DNA of 64,000 nt from Balanoglossus misakiensis (taxonomy: Eukaryota; Animalia; Hemichordata). The notes under the pieces are model-generated. The model saw nothing but the letters and a program-made list of their open reading frames with translations. It had not been told where the DNA came from and made no database searches. Below, one piece after another: positions 24,896 through 39,000 of the stretch. The position numbers were made by a program, and so were the translations under genes. Position 1 is the stretch's first letter, and each line of letters begins with the position of its first letter. The DNA is taken from assembly GCA_040954595.2 (NCBI GenBank), contig CM082577.2, positions 10,503,846-10,567,845 on the forward strand, written 5' to 3'.

Positions 24896-27800
24896 CAGCA
24901 AAGTATGCTCAGAATGTGACATGAGATACGGCCTGTACGCACCTTGTGTACGTAAACATTAGCCACATGTCACATGTCTGCTTTTGATTTACACGTCCCC
25001 CCCTCTCAAGCGTGTAAAGAAGATTTTTCACGAAGCGTCTATGTGATGGCCGCTGCCAGATATATACATGTGTGGTGTGGAATTCGCCTCTCGCTCACTG
25101 TTTAAGTTTTACAGGTTCGTCCTGGGCCAGTCTGTCTGCTGCGCAAGCGGTGTGTATTTAGACAGCAATGTTTGGGTTCGTCGCTCTGTTTTCGCGACCG
25201 TCGCGTCGGTGACCTCTTTATGAAGCAATTCACGCGGTTTTTGTTCAGAGAGACACCCGACCGCTTTTGTTCATCCCTGCGTGGTCATGTTGCGGTTATC
25301 CGTTCTCTTCGTCCGAACATAGCACAGCAGTGCTTTTTATGAGACATTCTTAGAGGTAAGAACCCTAGGCCTCAGCGGGACATAGGACCCTGAACTCTGA
25401 GCACGATAGGAAAAAAAGGCCGCATTGGGAACTGCCGGAAAGCCCATGGCACGCCACGTCACTCATTCACTGTGTCGTACCTTTGGCCTGGATTGCTGCC
25501 ATGTTTTTTTCAGATCATGCCATTGCGTGGCTGTATTTTTTAACAACTTGAATCTGTGTGATTATTACTAGTAGTTGAAGTGTGATAGTAAAACCGTGCA
25601 AACATAAATCAAAAATGCGTGCTCTTTTTATGGTGTCCCAACAATGGCTAATGGTGCACGCCCGAGGTAGTTTAATAGTCCCAGCAAAAGGCTTGTCTAC
25701 ATAACAACGAGAATCAACATGCCCCTCGCTAGCTGCATTTCAACACTCTGTGGCCCCTTCTCTTTGCGATGCTAATGCCGAGTAGGCCACACAAAAAGCC
25801 TCCCTGAAGCCATCCACAAATAAAATTCCTCTCACAATCGCCCGGGCTTTGTTGTCGCTTGAATTGTCCATAGAAAAAGCTCTCTTCTGTCGGCTGACGG
25901 AAAGCGTGCCCACGACGAGAGGGTTTCGTGTCTCTCTCTCGCTCGGCGTGCTCTAAAAGCCCCTAGTGTATAGCGGCTCTGCATTCGTCGAAAACCGTGC
26001 CCTGCCAGACTCCCATAGTAGTAGGGGCTGGGTTGACTGTTTTAATGAGTATATACACTGCGCCCAATATGGAGGCGAGTCTATCTTGAAACCCAGGCTC
26101 AGCTCGCTGGAACTGCACACTTCTTAGCGGGAGAGAACATCGAGGCATTTCTGGTTTTACGGGTCGTTTTATGAGTGGTTTATCGAACAGAAACGATCTT
26201 CGCTCTCTTAAGAACTCATTTGAGGCTAAATATTTCAACCGACAACACCTTGACTGTGTGTTTCTTCTCGGAAGATAACAGCTGCTCATAATTACAGAGG
26301 TAATGTCGCTTTTTCCCCTCTCTTACCCAATATGCTCAGACGGCACTAGTTTGATTCCCTATAACGCGAGAGGAAAAATGGCGACGTGGTATCTGATTTG
26401 CCTCGGAGTGTACAATACTGCGTGGGTTTGATTGAGTCAGTGCAAACCGTAGGCTTATAAAGTTTAATGCCAATGATATTTTCATGTGTTTTGTCGGAAT
26501 GTTGATGCATGCGTAACTCTTCTACACACGACATGTTGGCAGCAGTCCGCTGTTAATCGACTACGGTGCGTTGACACCAATCTGGGGGGCTTTCTTTTTA
26601 TTCGCCCGGCACCCCTGAAAACCTTTTCGCGTTATAGTGTTTTCGCATCGTAATCAACACGCGCACTGTGCCGTCTCCCGGATAGAAACTTCAACGTGAT
26701 GGTCACAAGACGGCGGGTAGCCGGAGTACGGTATACTCGTAACGTTCATGATTCACCGACAAAACGAGGGGGCTTGCAAATGTGCTCGACATTCGGCACA
26801 CATTTTAAACCCTATTGACATTTTTTTTCTGTGCTTGGTACTTTTTGACAACACTTTCGAGTTTAGAATCTTTTATAATAATATATATTACCCACTTGCA
26901 TGTGCGCACGATTCTGTCAGAAGGAAAGAATGATCCAAAGTGAATGAATAAACACTGACTTTTAGAAGACGAATAAAGTAACTGGGCTCTTTTCAACGCG
27001 AACGCTAGACAAATCTTGTTAATCCGAGCGGTGCCCGGACGAGCTCTCCGTAAACTCTGCGTAAACAACGGCGGACGAAGTCGGGCGTACTGCCATATGC
27101 AATAGCGTCAAAACTACAGCGAACAAAGCTAAACACCACCGTGTCCTGACACCAAAAAATGGCACTATTTGTATTTAACTGTTACACAGTTTTATTAAAT
27201 GCATACCACACGTGGAACAAAAATAAACTCACCTCGTGTATGGGGTTGGGGCCTACACTTATGATATCGAAATCATTGCATCGTGAACTGTCTTAGAACT
27301 TTCTGCTCTATTACGTACTCGCAATAATATTCTCATTTCCAAGGCCTGTTTATGGCAGCTGACCAGAGGCAGGACTTGCAAATACCGAGCCCGGTGCTTA
27401 TACACACAATTAACTGTAATTTACGGGTAATTATCAAGCGGTTTACAGCTTAACGCGCAATCGTCGAAATTATCACAAATGCTAATTACGCGATAAGTGG
27501 TAGAGGGTTGATTTTGCGCTGTAAAACCCCGGCGATGTTTAACAATGCTCAAGCGAAATCTCTGAAGTAATAAGTCTGGCGTCATTTGTCAGTAACCGAG
27601 CCGAGGTTCGTGTTTTGCTGTTCAAGCAACCGACGATGGCCTTCAAGTTGTAAGTCGTTCAGATGTGATGTGCGGAGCCGAGATAAGGAGCGAAACGCTT
27701 TTCAGAGAATGTAAAAATTAGTTCGCGAAGTTCAGTTCGCAGTACGCCTGGTTTGAGGAGCAGGCGTGTCCGGGGCGATATTTAGTGAAATGCTAGAATG

Positions 27801-30800
27801 TGTGTCCGAACGACGGAGCTAAAACCTACTAACTGTAACTCCGAAACCGTGCAGATTGACGCTTTTGCGTGCCTTCCTTGCGACTTGCTCCGCTTTTAGT
27901 GGCAGTGAACGGCTCCACCGCGCGATTGCACCGCCGCATGCGTGCACGTTCACTCATAGACAAACATCTGCACACTTTCACCGCGCGTTCTCTGAACCCT
28001 CACCGCGCTCGCACGCCCAACGCCGGTCCATGCGCGCTGCTGTACGCCGTCGCCGCGTCGACCCATTGTGTTTGCCCGACAACACGTTGCTTGGTCTCGT
28101 CTGGTGAAAATTGAATTCGAGGTATGTATCTTTCAGTTTCGCCCCGGCGCGGCGACTCGACCTCTGGCGGGCTGTAAACCAAGCAGTGACGGTGTAGAAC
28201 AGATAGACAGCCGTTGGCTCGTATACGATATGAGAAATACATGTATTCAGAAACGAGTGCAGACCGCCAGCGTATAGCGCGGCTTGTCTACACAGACTGT
28301 ATGTCTACAAACGTGCATAACCGATGGGCCCAGCCTAACCGTCCGCCGCGACGACCCGAAGAGTCCGGACGCTCCCGCTATAGGCTAATCTATCAGTATC
28401 CATTGTCCCGACTAACAAGAAACGCTTAAAACGGACATTTCTGCCTTTTGTTTAATTAGACAGCCCATTATTAAAGACGGGTTCGCGCTGATAACCTATA
28501 ATTCATGCAAGCTTTTTACGGCACCGTACTGCCAAGTTTGAAAATATCCGGGATAAAAGCAACGGCACACAAATTGATCGATCACTTCGCTGGATGTACT
28601 ATCAGATTCTAATCTAAAAGACAGTGCTTGAAATGTTAGTCATAATATCATATTTATGAAATTAGTTAAATTAGTATTAAGAATAACTCTGAAATATTGT
28701 TGACAGAAACATGTTTTTTTTTACTGGAATTGTATCACATAGATAGTATATATATTGGTGTATATGGTTTTTCCATTGTGCTACTCGAAAACCTCAGAAC
28801 TATATCGCGACCCACTATATACATGTACATGTAAATGTGGATTAGTATTCTCGCAGGGTGTAGTATACATCACAGAAAAGAAAAAAACAATACTGAAGGT
28901 TGTTTCAGTTGAAAATGAAAAGGCTCAGGGTTTTGTACCGGGCATCTCGACGAGACACGTTTCATAAGCGTAATACACTGCACCCATATGTTTGTACAGC
29001 GGAGGGACTGTGTGGTAGAACTAGAACGGTTATATGTCCAGGAGGTGTGTGTATGTACAGGGGGATTTTTGTCAAAAGACATGGCCGAGGACATGACAGG
29101 CCTTTGTCTGCGAAGGCCCCGACGTGACAGAGTATTCACGCCGATTTCACTTTAATAAGAAGCGAAACACGTTGTAAAACTTGAAGTGAAATGAGCTCGT
29201 GAACATGACGGCTTATGACGAACTGGCCCACTCCAATCAGGCGGCGACGTTCGTGCTGTCTCAATGCATTTGGATTTCGCGTGCATGAAGAGTGCGCCGT
29301 CAATACGGTTGTGCAGTCACTCGCGTTTAGCTATTTACGCGTTTCTCCCCGGGCTTTTTTTTTTTGGGGGGGGGGTTTCATGCCACGCCAAAGATGCATA
29401 TCGGTGTTCTAAATAGCATCTATTAGATTGTGCGGAATCGCAGGATATATGACGAACGCACACTTGCCTGGACTACATAGTTTATAACGTTGTAATACTT
29501 CACTGCCTATACCCTTAACCCTACGCAAGTGCTGTCTAGGGAGACATTTGAGTAAATTATATACGCGTCACAAATAGGCCGGAATAAGACCCCGTATTTT
29601 GCGTGCACATTTTACTAAAAATGTACGGGTTGGATTCTTGATAAGTTAAAACAAAACACCCACAAACAAACAACACAAAAAGCCCACTTGCAACGTCGTA
29701 CCGTGCACCAGAAATGAGCTTATGCGATAGTCTGGTTTTTAATCTCCATTTTAATGCCACATGTTTACGGTATCCGTTCTGGCGACGAGTGCGGGCACTA
29801 TATATTCACGTGACGAGAAGCCGGGGATTTTCGCCGCATATACTCGCGCTTTTCAAAATGGTGGAGGGCGAAATTAAGAACGGAAGACGGAGAGAGAGCC
29901 TTGGAACTAATCAGCGATGGGGCGTAGATGGGATTTTAATAGGCGTTTGCCGTAATGCACGCGGGGACCGCAGTGCCTTGTGTTTCAATGGTCGGATATC
30001 GCGGCGTCACAATGCATGTATAAGCCTTTTCTGGCACGTTACCCAGTGTACGAACATAACCTTGGAAAACTGACTGAAATCTGGGACCCGTTATTAATGG
30101 CTTAACCTATAATCGCTATCCCTGATATCTCCCCCCCCCCCCTCTTCATTTCTGTTTACTATGTGTTCAACCTATTCAGTTTTTGTCTCCTATTGGTTGC
30201 CGCATATACCGGTACACGGGCATCGAAAATCCTTTAGTTGTCCGCGAAGCGAGAATTTGTTGAACACAGAACGCTACTGTGACGTGGACGAGGCGATGGC
30301 AGAAAGATATGCGAATTGCATCAACAGTTTAAACTTCAATTCGGCAGCAGTATACAGCTGCAAAGTCTTTTTTTTTTCAAATGACCCTGATGGCGCGCAA
30401 AATCTACAGACCGCGTTTCTATACCACCCTATACAAGGCATTGCGATGACAACAAAAGTATGCCAAAAATAGCGCCGGTCCGGATTGCGTGTTGTTGACT
30501 GGTAATCCGGGAATTTACCAATTTAAGATATGCCGGTACGGAGTTCCCATTTGCGATCTGGTTTGGTTTATCGCAGTGTTATGGCACTGTCTCGGTCTAA
30601 TGAGGAATATGCCCCCACCCTCTCTCATCCCCCGGTCCCCAATTGGACGAGGAAGAATTCCAGCCAGATTTCTGAAGAAATCGTGTCGAATATCTTCAAA
30701 TACACTCAAGTCAGCATCATTATCATATAGAGCGGCGTCATTGGTGTGGCCTAACTATTGGAAACGCCTGTAAAACATATACACGTGTATTATTATCAGT

Positions 30801-32972
30801 GAAAAATTAATGCCCTTTTCTCCAACAAGACGTGAACCACATACATGTATTATATAGAACAAGTCGTCCATAGCAGGCGCTGGCATGTGTCAATGAATTG
30901 TAGTCACGCGGCGTCGTGACACGACGGTCCAGGACAGTAGGCTACATAGGAAGGGGACAATATATTCCGGCAACAAAATGCGTAACCCCCCCCCCCCCCA
31001 TATCATGCATGTTCTCCATCACAATTCAGTAACATACGTCAATCATGGACGAAACAGACAAATATATTCACGCCACACGGATACAAGTGGGAGTTGTCGA
31101 CGGGCGCTGCAACCGTGACGTTGGTACATACACGCGCGCGCGCACGCACGCGTGTACGCGGAGCAAAAGGGTTGGCTTGCCCGGTTAAATGAGCTCCGTG
31201 TTGGTCCTTTACCTATTTCGGGTTTCGAGTGCACTGCGGCATACTTGAAACCGACCAGGTCACGTGGACGCCACACCTCGCGCAGACGATGAACTCCATG
31301 ACACAACCGGAAGAGCGGTTGACTTTGCCCCCTAACCTGCCTATTTATCTTCCGCCGACGTCTGTTTGAGTGTAATTTGCGAATCGTTGAGCGTGTCACT
31401 GGTCCCTTTTAAGTCTTTAACAGTGTTAAGTTCAGTGGTTCGCGTGGATGGCGAAATCTTCAATAGCCGTCATTGGATTTTCCGGTGAACTGTATTATAC
31501 AAAATTCTGTGAGTGGCCGAGGGGGGGGGGGGGGGGGGTCGTGCTGCAAATTCACTCAGGAAGGTTTCTTTGTGGTCTAAAACGTTTGAGCAAATTAATA
31601 AAATTGTACAGTAGAAGAATATATTTTTAATTTAAAGTAGTTATAACGGAAAACCAGGAAAATTCAAATACATTGAAGGTGGATTACATTCTGATATTGA
31701 AAGTTACAGTATCACCCGGTCACGTCATGGAGTAGGGTCCAAGCGAAGCACAGTGTGCAACGGAAACAAGAAATTGTTTCAGCTATAGAACGCAACTCAA
31801 GGAATGGGAAATCACCATGCAACAACGACACACCGGTTCTGTACATGTCACCGCACAGCCAATGTATGCACAGCCCAGTCAACACCTGTACTCGGACAGA
31901 TGGCCCCCTCCATCCGCAATTTCGTGTACGTCATTGAACAAGTAGAATGTATGCGTGAGAAAGAACCAGCGTTTGTGCAGCATTCGAGTCCAGTTGAAAA
32001 ACATTTAACAGCAAAACACAGTGTCAACCATTTCATATTTAGTGATGAGTCGTTTTTCACGAAAAGCCAATGTCTGATCAAATTAATGGAACGATACCTA
32101 ATAATCTTAACACCCTCTCTATGATTGGAATCAGCGAGACTGATTTTTAACAGAACGCATCCCCTTCCTGGCTAGTAATTTTATACTTTTTAACCACAGA
32201 AACGAGTGGAGCTGTTGTCTTCTGTGTACATCCGTTCAAATTTCCAAGCCCATATCGACTGTTCATTAATAGTGCGAACACCGTGTCAGTTGACAACTTG
32301 CGTTACGGTTTCAACAGACTCCGACGATCGAATAAAACGGAATTTCGAGGAATGCAATTTCAAACTCGCTTACCGATCAACGAAACAAATGGAGCCAAAT
32401 CTTCCCCATGAAATGCAAAATATGCGTATCACTTTGTATTGGTCTTGTAATTTGTACCCCCATTTTTTTCCGCTCCAAATGTGGAAAGGTCATTTACACA
32501 TGCCACATATTCAACGGATGATATAAACGATATTCAGTAAAAAAAACACACCTTTACACCGCTTATTTCCCGGGGACAACGAGTTTAATGTCATTTATGG
32601 GGAATTCTTTTTTCGTCATATACGCGTGCTTGGAAGAATAACGTACGGTATAATTGAGCATTAGACCATACTTAGTATTAGAACATAGACATAGAGAACA
32701 CTAGGGGCACACCATAGCAGATGCATGTATTGATATACGAGGATCCAGCCTGGAAGTATGTCATTTCTTTGCTTTTCTGTAAATCCTGATGTGTTTTCCT
32801 AATTTATGGTGATAAAAATCGATACGCTCAAATGCGGAATGGGCATCTTTGTTGAAATGCGGTTCTTCTGGTATGTGTGACGTCTTTGCCTAAATTAAAA
32901 TTTGAAAAATTAAACAGAAATGCGATGTATATATGCATCTCCGTCTGATTTTAATCAGATTGTTTTAATCAG

Positions 32973-33114
32973 ATGTATGTATGTATGTATGTATGTATGT
33001 ATGTATGTATGTATGTATGTATGTATGTATGTATGTATGTATGTATGTATGTATGTATGTATGTATGTATGTATGTATGTATGTATGTATGTATGTATGT
33101 ATGTATGTATGTAT
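32973..33114. repeat. Perfect (ATGT)n microsatellite, ~35 units
   Basis: Directly visible. Confidence 0.98.
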
Positions 33115-33715
33115 TAGTAAGCGAGTGTAGTACACACAAAGAAACGTTCAGTTGCTTCTCGATCATAACATTATGGATTGGACCCATTGCAGAAGTGGAA
33201 GGGTATTTTTTTCCCTTCAAGTTCTCATCTCTTCAGCGGCATCCTTCCTGTTATTCTAGAGAGTCGGAGGCAATGGCGGGTGAATGCACGCAATTTGGCA
33301 TGCGTCGAACTTGTGAGACCGTTGCCACGACGACCGATTTGTGCGAAAGCCCGTGTTTCTGTGCCGTGCCACGAACGTTTAGCATAATCTTTGTCCGATA
33401 TGGCCGCCGTGGCTCTGAATGAGTCGAGAGCACCCGCGCTCTATAGTATTTGCACTTTGAAATGTGGGGGTCGTCCCATCACCTACGCAGCGTGTGGTTT
33501 ATTAATAATTCTTTCCGATTGCCAATAAAAGTGTTCGTGAGAGGGAACGAGGGCGCGTGGAATAACTGCGCCCTGCTTACAAACATTTTGACCATCAAGT
33601 TTGAATTAAAAATCCCCTTCGCCGCCGCGTTGCCCTGGTGAACGTGGATGTTGTGAGCGCTGTTGCTTCTGTCCTTCTGCTGGGTGTCACGACGCAGTCC
33701 CGGTGTAAGTGATGT

Positions 33716-33746
33716 TGTGTGTGTGTGTGTGTGCGTGCGTGCGTGT
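33716..33746. repeat. (TG)n/(TGCG)n microsatellite
   Basis: Directly visible. Confidence 0.85.
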
Positions 33747-35691
33747 ACGCGATGATTCGTGTTGCTTTGATTTAAAGGTCCGGCTCTGATGAAAGAATTC
33801 AGCACGGAAGCTTTGCCGGGCGCAATCGAATAACTCGACAATTCTCCACCGACTGTTCTACTTTTATTGCGCCGTAATCCAAGCAACATACGGTACAGCT
33901 CAGGGAAATCACAGAGGCTATATACCAGTGTAACCGATACGAGTGCGTTTTTTAAGAGTACATGGTTTCTCGTTATTACAGGGCGCAAGGCGCGCGGACA
34001 CCAAAAATAAATCGCGCCCATCTGCATGAAAATGAAATAATAAATAAATGTACATCAGAGCTTTGAGACGCTTCTGAATCTCGCACGGCAGAGTAATGTG
34101 TTTCGCTAGCTCCCTCAGGGATGTCTAAATCTGCAGGACAAAGCATTCATTTTCCCCGCCGAAAAAAAAATCTGTATGCATTTAGATCAACAGGATACGC
34201 GGGTTATAGCCGTTTGCTTTTTAACGTCCCACTCCCCCTGCTTGTGTTCTCATTACAACCAAGCTGAGATCTCTACTCACTGCCGGCGTTAATTTTTCGA
34301 TTAAAATGCAAATATTAATTGCGATCTGTTATTTAAAAAAAAGTTTGTTCCGTGTCTTACGTCACATGCGTAAAGACCGTGTATGCATTTTATTTATTAA
34401 AACAACGAGTACTTCGTGTTTTTTTGTCTGTGAATAGATTTATTGGAACAAGTAGTGCTCTGTGTTTTGTGAGTGGTGTCGACTATACCAGTGATGGTGG
34501 ATCCCGAGAGAAACGGTGGCGGCTGGTAGGGCAATAGATGCAAAAGTCCGTATATCCTTCTTTTACATGTACCTGCTGTTTAAGAAATTTCACTCCGCAA
34601 AAATCTGAAGGTCATGAGTTACAGAGATAAAGGGCACTCACAGACAACGCATGCCTACACTGCTGTTATTTGGATAAACATGCAATTAATTTTATATTGA
34701 CGAAAAAAAAATATTATGCGTACATCGCCCTAGATTTTTTCTCGAAATATTGAAAAAAAATAGTCCGTCATTTGGGTATATGTTGAAACTGTCAGGTCTA
34801 ATATACCTGAAATGGGCGATTAGTCAGAAGCGATGGGCGTAGGCGATGCTGTTCCATTTGCTCCAAACGCCTGGATAACACGTATCACCTACAAGTCTAA
34901 TTTCGCGTCGAGAATCCCGCGCTTTCCGTCCTTGTAACCGTGGTAACAGCGTGTGCAAACATTAAAGTAATAACTTGGGCTCTACGAGGCTCACGCAGTA
35001 TCGCCGTGCGGAATATCGGGCACCGCGATGGGACGCGCACGGCCCCCCGAAGAGGTGAAATGGGAAGGAGTGGAGGGGATTTTGCACGAACCACGTTCTT
35101 CCGCTTGTTATTTGCTTGCCGTCTTACATATATTTAATAATCGGGGAGTAGAATGGGCCTTGTAATGTTGCTGTTTAGTGACGCGTCCTTGGCGCGCGAA
35201 CGACAAGCTCGGTCCAAGTCCGCCACGTATACTATACGCCCGGCGTGTCGTCGGGAACAGCGGACATAATATGTTGCCGAACGCAGACGGAAAACAAAAA
35301 CAGACCGTTCCAAGGTTGAGTTGTTAGTCTCGAGCGGGTTAATTGTAAAAATGAGTCGCGTATACATACAGCCATGATCATGAATGGCGAAAAAAACGGG
35401 ATGGTTTTCTGTGCAGAGATACAAAGAAAGGCCTGATGGTTTGATAAACTGGTGATTGTGCATAAAGGTTTAGACATATATAGTTGGGGCATACATATAT
35501 ATACACTATACAGCTGAAATTCAAATTCACCACAGCTATAGTGTAATACATCTCCCGGAATCGCTGTCCTATCATTTCCCGTGCAATTTCCAGCCTGCAT
35601 GCGGACTCCTGATCTCGACAGGGCAATTTTGATGTAGGAACATGTCAGGAAAATATTCGCGCACTTTTGTACTGGCGATATATTTGAAAGT

Positions 35692-36037
35692 GGGCGGGGA
35701 TATGTGTGAAAGGGTAGGCCGATGTGCCAACGAGCTCGGTTAGCGCAACTCAACTGTGTTCATGTGACAGTGAGCGCTAATTAGACCGAGCGAGCAAGCG
35801 AGCGATCAATGTGATCGTCCCTCGCAAGGCCTGCCATTGTGAGCGAACCGGGGTCGACCCCGCCAGCCAATCGCGAGGGGCATCACTGGTTGAAAAACGT
35901 TCAGTTTTCCTATATGTATGCCGTCCGTTGATTTATTCGCCGTCCCTGTCATGTTAATGCTGTGCATTACACTCGTTGCTATCACTTCCTCGCGGCCAGA
36001 ATGAGTTTATATCCATGGCGACGGCCGAGGCACTACG
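35692..36037 (+). promoter_or_regulatory. Candidate promoter and non-coding first exon of gene 2
   Basis: GGGCGGGG 35692-35699, AGCCAATC 35865-35872, Inr-like TCAGTT 35901-35906 and a consensus donor ACG|gtaagt at 36037/36038. Confidence 0.45.
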
Positions 36038-39000
36038 GTAAGTGAGAGTGACTGATCTGCGTATCGGGGAAAAGTTAAACGCGGCGCGCCGGTGCCTGCG
36101 CGCGTACACAGCCGTGGGTCCGTCCCACTGTGGACGTTCAAGACAATCCATTATGGTGAAAAAAGTAGCGGTCGACCGGCTGATGTGCTCCCTTTTCACT
36201 GTGAACTTCCGTCGTTTTAGTAACATGCACAATTGTCAACACAGCCGACAAGAAATGGGCCGAGGGTTTTTGCTTTTCCATGACTAGCCGTCGTGGTAAA
36301 ATTTTAATGGAACACACATTAATTAAACACGCATTCTGTGGGACGTTGGCCTATGGACGCTTTGTATGTGGGTAAATCGGCCTATGACTCACGCTTGGTT
36401 TCAAGTTGGGGTAAACACGCACCCGATTTGCATTGAGAACTGCAGGACACACTGCAAATATTTGGCGGGAATTTGCTGAGCGTTTTAACTGCATTCCTCC
36501 TTTGATTTTCTGACTCATTCCCTCGCGGCTAAACGGTATTTCTGGACAACACTCACCCGCGAGAGACAAAAAAAAAAAAAAAAAACGGCGCTACCAGCAC
36601 AGTCGTTTAACGACGCGTCGCTTCGATGGGAGGGCCCAGATCGATTTAGAAACACATTAGTTTTATCCGTGTAGGACCCGTCAACGGACGATTCAGAGAT
36701 CGTATTCCGGAAGAAAATAAGTTCCCCTTTTCTCGGAACGGATGATAAGTTTAGTTCACTCGGCATTGTCCTTCTTGAGCACCGAAGTTTTAAAAGAAGA
36801 AAACACGTCGCGCCGAGTTTACAACGAGTGTATTTTTTTCAGGGCGGAATTCAAAATAAACCTTAACAGCTATAGGTGACAGCTTTTTAAACCGCGGAGC
36901 CCACTGCAAAATCTTGGCAACACAGAAACGAATGAGTGAATGACACCTTTCGACGAACTATGCGATCGCGTGATTGCGGACCCACTATTTTGCGTTCCCC
37001 CCTTTCAGTGTGGATACTGGGTAGAGCAATTGACTCGTGCTGTAATACAGAGGCGGCGATCCGTTTCAATTATGCCCAAAGACCCCGGGCGTCGTGGGAC
37101 AAAAACTGGACAGGATATTCAGTGACAGGGGTGGGCAAGAATGGAATTACCCAACCTCGAGAACTCAAAAGAAGAGAAAGTGGAGTTACTTCCACGCCGC
37201 ATTTTGAATCCACGAAGAATAAAAACTCTAAATGTGCTCCTATCCTCGAAACAGAAAGTTTCACTTCTCTGACAGGAGGGTGCGAAATAAAACTTCCCGT
37301 TACTGTATTGTTCGCAGGACTGCCCTACCCCTCTAAATCAGCTGATCCTGACACACGCACCATCGAACTCGCTCGTTGACAATCAATGCGTGTCTTCATA
37401 GACTAGGGGGTCTTGAAACCGACGGACCATTATTCTAAATAATTGATAAGGGTTTTGTCTGGGCCAATCAGCGCGCTGTTTACTTTGTACAGACAGTAGT
37501 GTGGTACAATGCAAGCAATGCAATGTGCAGCGATAAAAACCACACCACTAGCCACAGTGGCCTAAGAAAATGCAACATGTGCTGTAGCCAGCATCAATCA
37601 CACATCAAATGATCTCATTCTTTCGGACTCTTACGGATTTATCCCACCAGAGCGATCTCCGACACAGACCACGCCATACCTCGTAAGTATATACATGTCG
37701 TTTGGTTTGGATCGTACAGCGAAAATCTCTCGGCGTTGGACACACAGCTCTACGTACTTTGTGAACTGATTTTGAAGTTCTTCCCGGAGTCGAGTTTGAC
37801 GTGCGTTGTATGTACACCCTTCACGCACGGAGCCCGCTTCGAAATGTTTTCGACTTTGTCGATTCGGAGGTGGCTGTCACGAGGGCCTTGGTAATTTTTC
37901 CGCCCCTTTCGAGCGACTGTCAGTTCCCTGGTGTCCACCGATTGAGCGGATTTCTCGAGAGGCGGCAGATTTCGGCTTCGGTTGCGTCGTCGTCGTTACA
38001 TTTCGCGAAGCCCTTGTCCAGTGTGTGTCACTAGGGCTGTGTTCGCGGCGTTGCGGGCAAAAACAAACACGTCGTTGTACTGAGGACGTCCGCCATGATG
38101 TGTGAATATCCTTTACAATTTTCTCTCGGCCTGGAGACGATAACTGAGTGTCCATTACTGTAGAATGGTGTAGAATCATCGCGGGGACGGGACATTGTCG
38201 CAATTTTTTTTTGCTGTGGTTGCCCCACATCGAACGTACACGCACGTGCATACGCATTGACGAAGCGTGTGGTCCGGGCGTATTCCGTCGATCCGCGCAC
38301 GGCACTCTTCGCTCAAACCAGAACAGAGAGGCTAGCCAGAGACACTAAGTCTTGTTCAACATTTTGCCCGCACGGTGCGTTTCCAATCGGGGCTTTGATC
38401 AAGCCTTGGACCCACGGCAGTGAAGCGTGTCGTCGCGGGCGTTGCCCCGAATTGAAGTAAAATACGCTCGCCGGGCCGAGCGAATTTCAAAGCTGGTCTT
38501 CAGCCGCGCGACGAGGAAAGTGCGTTTTACTGGTCAGTTGTTGATGATTCACGAGCGTCAGACGAAAGTTACAACCACACATAATATGCGCGATCTGTGG
38601 TATTTTACTTGCGTTCACTCAGTCCCTAATAATAGTGCTGTTTTCCACTGGAAGGTTCTAACTGACCTCAAATTCAATGTAAAACGGTTGATTTTTTTTT
38701 ACTCGCGCCACGGCTATTACTGAACAACACTTGGCAGCGCCCTGTTTTGGCATAAGCTCCAACGTTTATCGGCTTTATAATTGCATTTCGATGTCAATAA
38801 TGGCCGGCCAGCTGAAATGTTTTACCACTGGCCCAATAGTCTGCTTGGACTTGAAAAGCTGACGTGAAAAGTGAAAGAAATTCGTAGCAATTGCCAGTGC
38901 TAGACGTTTGCCGAAAACTCTTTCCAGGCTGGAGTTTTGAAAATCGTTCGTTGCCTGATGTGCGTTCGGGATGTTTTTATTTATGCGTCAGCACTCCGGT

